This document shows, piece after piece, positions 61,985 through 64,000 of a stretch of DNA of 64,000 bases. The position numbers and the translations under genes are program-made. Every line of letters begins with the position of its first letter. Within the stretch, counting starts at the first letter, position 1. The DNA is from Chara braunii (Eukaryota > Plantae > Charophyceae). The notes under the pieces were generated by a model that was not told the DNA's origin, ran no database searches, and was given only the letters and a program-made list of their open reading frames with translations. The DNA lies in the NCBI GenBank assembly GCA_003427395.1, contig BFEA01000001.1:4425331-4489330 (forward strand), in the 5' to 3' direction.

Positions 61985-64000
61985 TGTCGGTGCGAATACC
62001 CTTACAAGGGTATCCACCCTGGTTTTTGCAAGTGACGAAAAATAGTTTGGTTTAGAGTTTAAGTGTTCCGTGCGAGGCGTGGCTGCGTCTATATGGTTAC
62101 GATGGCCAGATGGTTGACTAAAACAAAGAGTGTGTGGGCGCGTAGGTTTGAGGCACACGTGATTCCGTTTCTATCGTTGGTTATAAAGTCGGCGCGGGCG
62201 CCAGACGGTTTGTTTCTATTTGTAATCTTTATTTTTATTTTTGTTTATTCTTGATTAAACTAGGATTTAAGGGTATTTTTCTTTTATTGGTACGTTTGAT
62301 TAAGTTATGCGTGCGCACGGAGGACGACCTCGACGGTGGCGACAAAGGCGACAGTGTGACTTGCGGTAGGTCTTGGCACGCAGAGTGGCACGAGTGGCGG
62401 CCGTGGTACAGCTTGGTAAGTCGGCGCAAACGTCGGGCGGCCGCGCGCACGGCTGTAGGCTGAGATGAGGCTCAGGCCAATTTTCCTGGCCCTTAGCGCA
62501 GCATCGTACTGTCTTATATGGCACTCCGCGGATGTTAGTCTCAGGCTTGGGCTTAGCCCTATAAGTTACGGCACTGGGTTGACGATACAAAGGTCCGGGG
62601 ATCGAGGTCAGCGGGGCGTCGGCGCAACGGCAACAGAGCAGCGTGGAGCGAAGCCTGAGGGGTTGAGGGCCCGACGGGGCTATCCCCCTCAGTTTTATCA
62701 GGGGGCACAGCGGCGGGCCCAATCGAGGTGCCAGCAGTCCCGCCGGGTCCCCCGACAATCTGTGTTATTTTGCCTTCTCTATTTTGATTTCACATATTAA
62801 CTTTTTTTATTTCCTTTTTTTTTTGTTTTCATTATTACCGTTACCGCGGCCCGTTTCGGGATGCAAAGTTGTGGGTGGTGCGGGATCCGGGAGCCTGGCT
62901 CAGCGGGCACACCATTGAGTTGTGGAAATGCAGACCTGGGTCTGAGTCCAAATGGTGGAACTGGGGGCTGGTTGTCTCTGCGGGCCTGGCGCGGTCCTTC
63001 GGGACATCTGTTAAAATTGGAACGATACAGAGGAGATTGGCGTGGGCCCTCGACCCCTGTAAAGGCTATAAAATGAGGGCGGGCCGACAGCCAGAGTTTC
63101 TTGAGAGGCGGGGGTTGTCGGACCACGCGGTGAAAGGTCAAGCGACGGGCGGCAGCAGGCAGTAGGGCCGTGAGCAGGAACGAAGTAGGCAGCAATACTG
63201 GGCCGGATGCGTGCGGAGTAGGAAAGCGCAAGGCAACGGGCGACAGCGCAGCAGCCCAACAAACGGAGCACTGCGGGGGACGGACGCAAGACCAGCGCCG
63301 TGAGGGAGCAGGCGCTGAGCGACACACAGTGGGGCGACAGATAGCGGAGGCAGAGGCGGATCGGGTGGACCTGGCCCGGATCTTCGCCCGGGTGCAGGCG
63401 CGAATGGAGGGCAGAGCGGAGTGTTGTAGGTGAAGCGGAGCTACGGGCAGCAAAGTGAGCAGGGAGGCAGAGCGGGGCAGAGTGAGAGCCGGACACGACA
63501 AAAAGATAAAAATAAAAAATAATAATAATAAAAATAAATACGGGATGGAATGAACCCGGGCGCGAATTCGCGCCGGATGCATTCAGCACATGGAGGAATG
63601 GAAATGGCAGGGCGATGAGTTGGGCGCAGCCAGATGGCCATGGTTTGCCTGATTCGCACCAGAAACAAGCAAGAAGGGATGTAGACTGGGGGGTTAGTGA
63701 GAAAAGAGCTGCGTGGAGATGGCGGGGACGTGAAGAAGAAGGAGGGCGGAGATAGTTTACATCGCCTGTTTCCGGCGGAAATCGAGCGGGGAGACATGCT
63801 ACACCGAGGGTTTAGGCCCGGGCGACTCACATGGTAAGGTTAGGTTGGGACGAAAGTTAGTAAGGTGGGCGGTAGAAGGAAGATGGGGTGCGCTGGGCTA
63901 TGCTGGGAGTATGGGAGAAGGGAGAATGGGAAGGGTGTTTCTCCCTCGTTTCTGATTGGCTTTGGGCGAGGGAGAGCTCAAAACAGGGGCTTTCAGCCCT
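61985..64000 (+). mobile_element. 3' giant LTR of the subfamily B element (runs off the window)
   Basis: TGTCGGTGCGAATACC start. Collinear and highly similar to 35968-37930. Confidence 0.92.
62890..63050 (+). ncRNA. tRNA-like Pol III head (62890-62960) plus U6 5' fragment (62994-63050) inside the 3' LTR
   Basis: A box TGGCTCAGCGG at 62896-62906, B-box-like GGTCTGAGTCC, then the U6 5' sequence. Expression is not shown by the sequence. Confidence 0.65.

Noticed and set aside
62797-63582. 261-aa minus-strand ORF in the LTR
   Set aside because: GC-rich with no recognisable domain, and the frame is broken in the 5' LTR copy.

Overview
This is a eukaryotic, almost entirely transposon-derived window with four assembly gaps. 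The repeat landscape resembles a streptophyte alga such as Chara, but that is inference. No intact host gene is supported. From left to right it contains: (1) the 3' end of a Ty3/Gypsy chromovirus; (2) a polyadenylated U6 retrocopy; (3) a Nextera mate-pair adapter artefact; (4) a decayed L1/Tx1-type LINE; (5) several nested copies of a Gypsy-like family with giant LTRs (about 7-8 kb, TGTCG...CGACA ends, 4-bp TSD, tRNA-Asp-type PBS, gag but no recognisable pol); (6) a ~12.9-kb CACTA-like DNA transposon nested in one LTR and carrying a degenerate histone H3-fold/acidic-repeat gene; (7) small Mutator-like and Harbinger-like elements. The most unusual signals lie inside the giant LTRs. They carry arrays of bulged hairpins with a near-invariant UAAGAU loop and compensatory stems, a tRNA-like plus U6-5' module copied in both LTRs of one subfamily, and antisense splice-signal clusters. 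A conserved hairpin sits where the polypurine tract should be.
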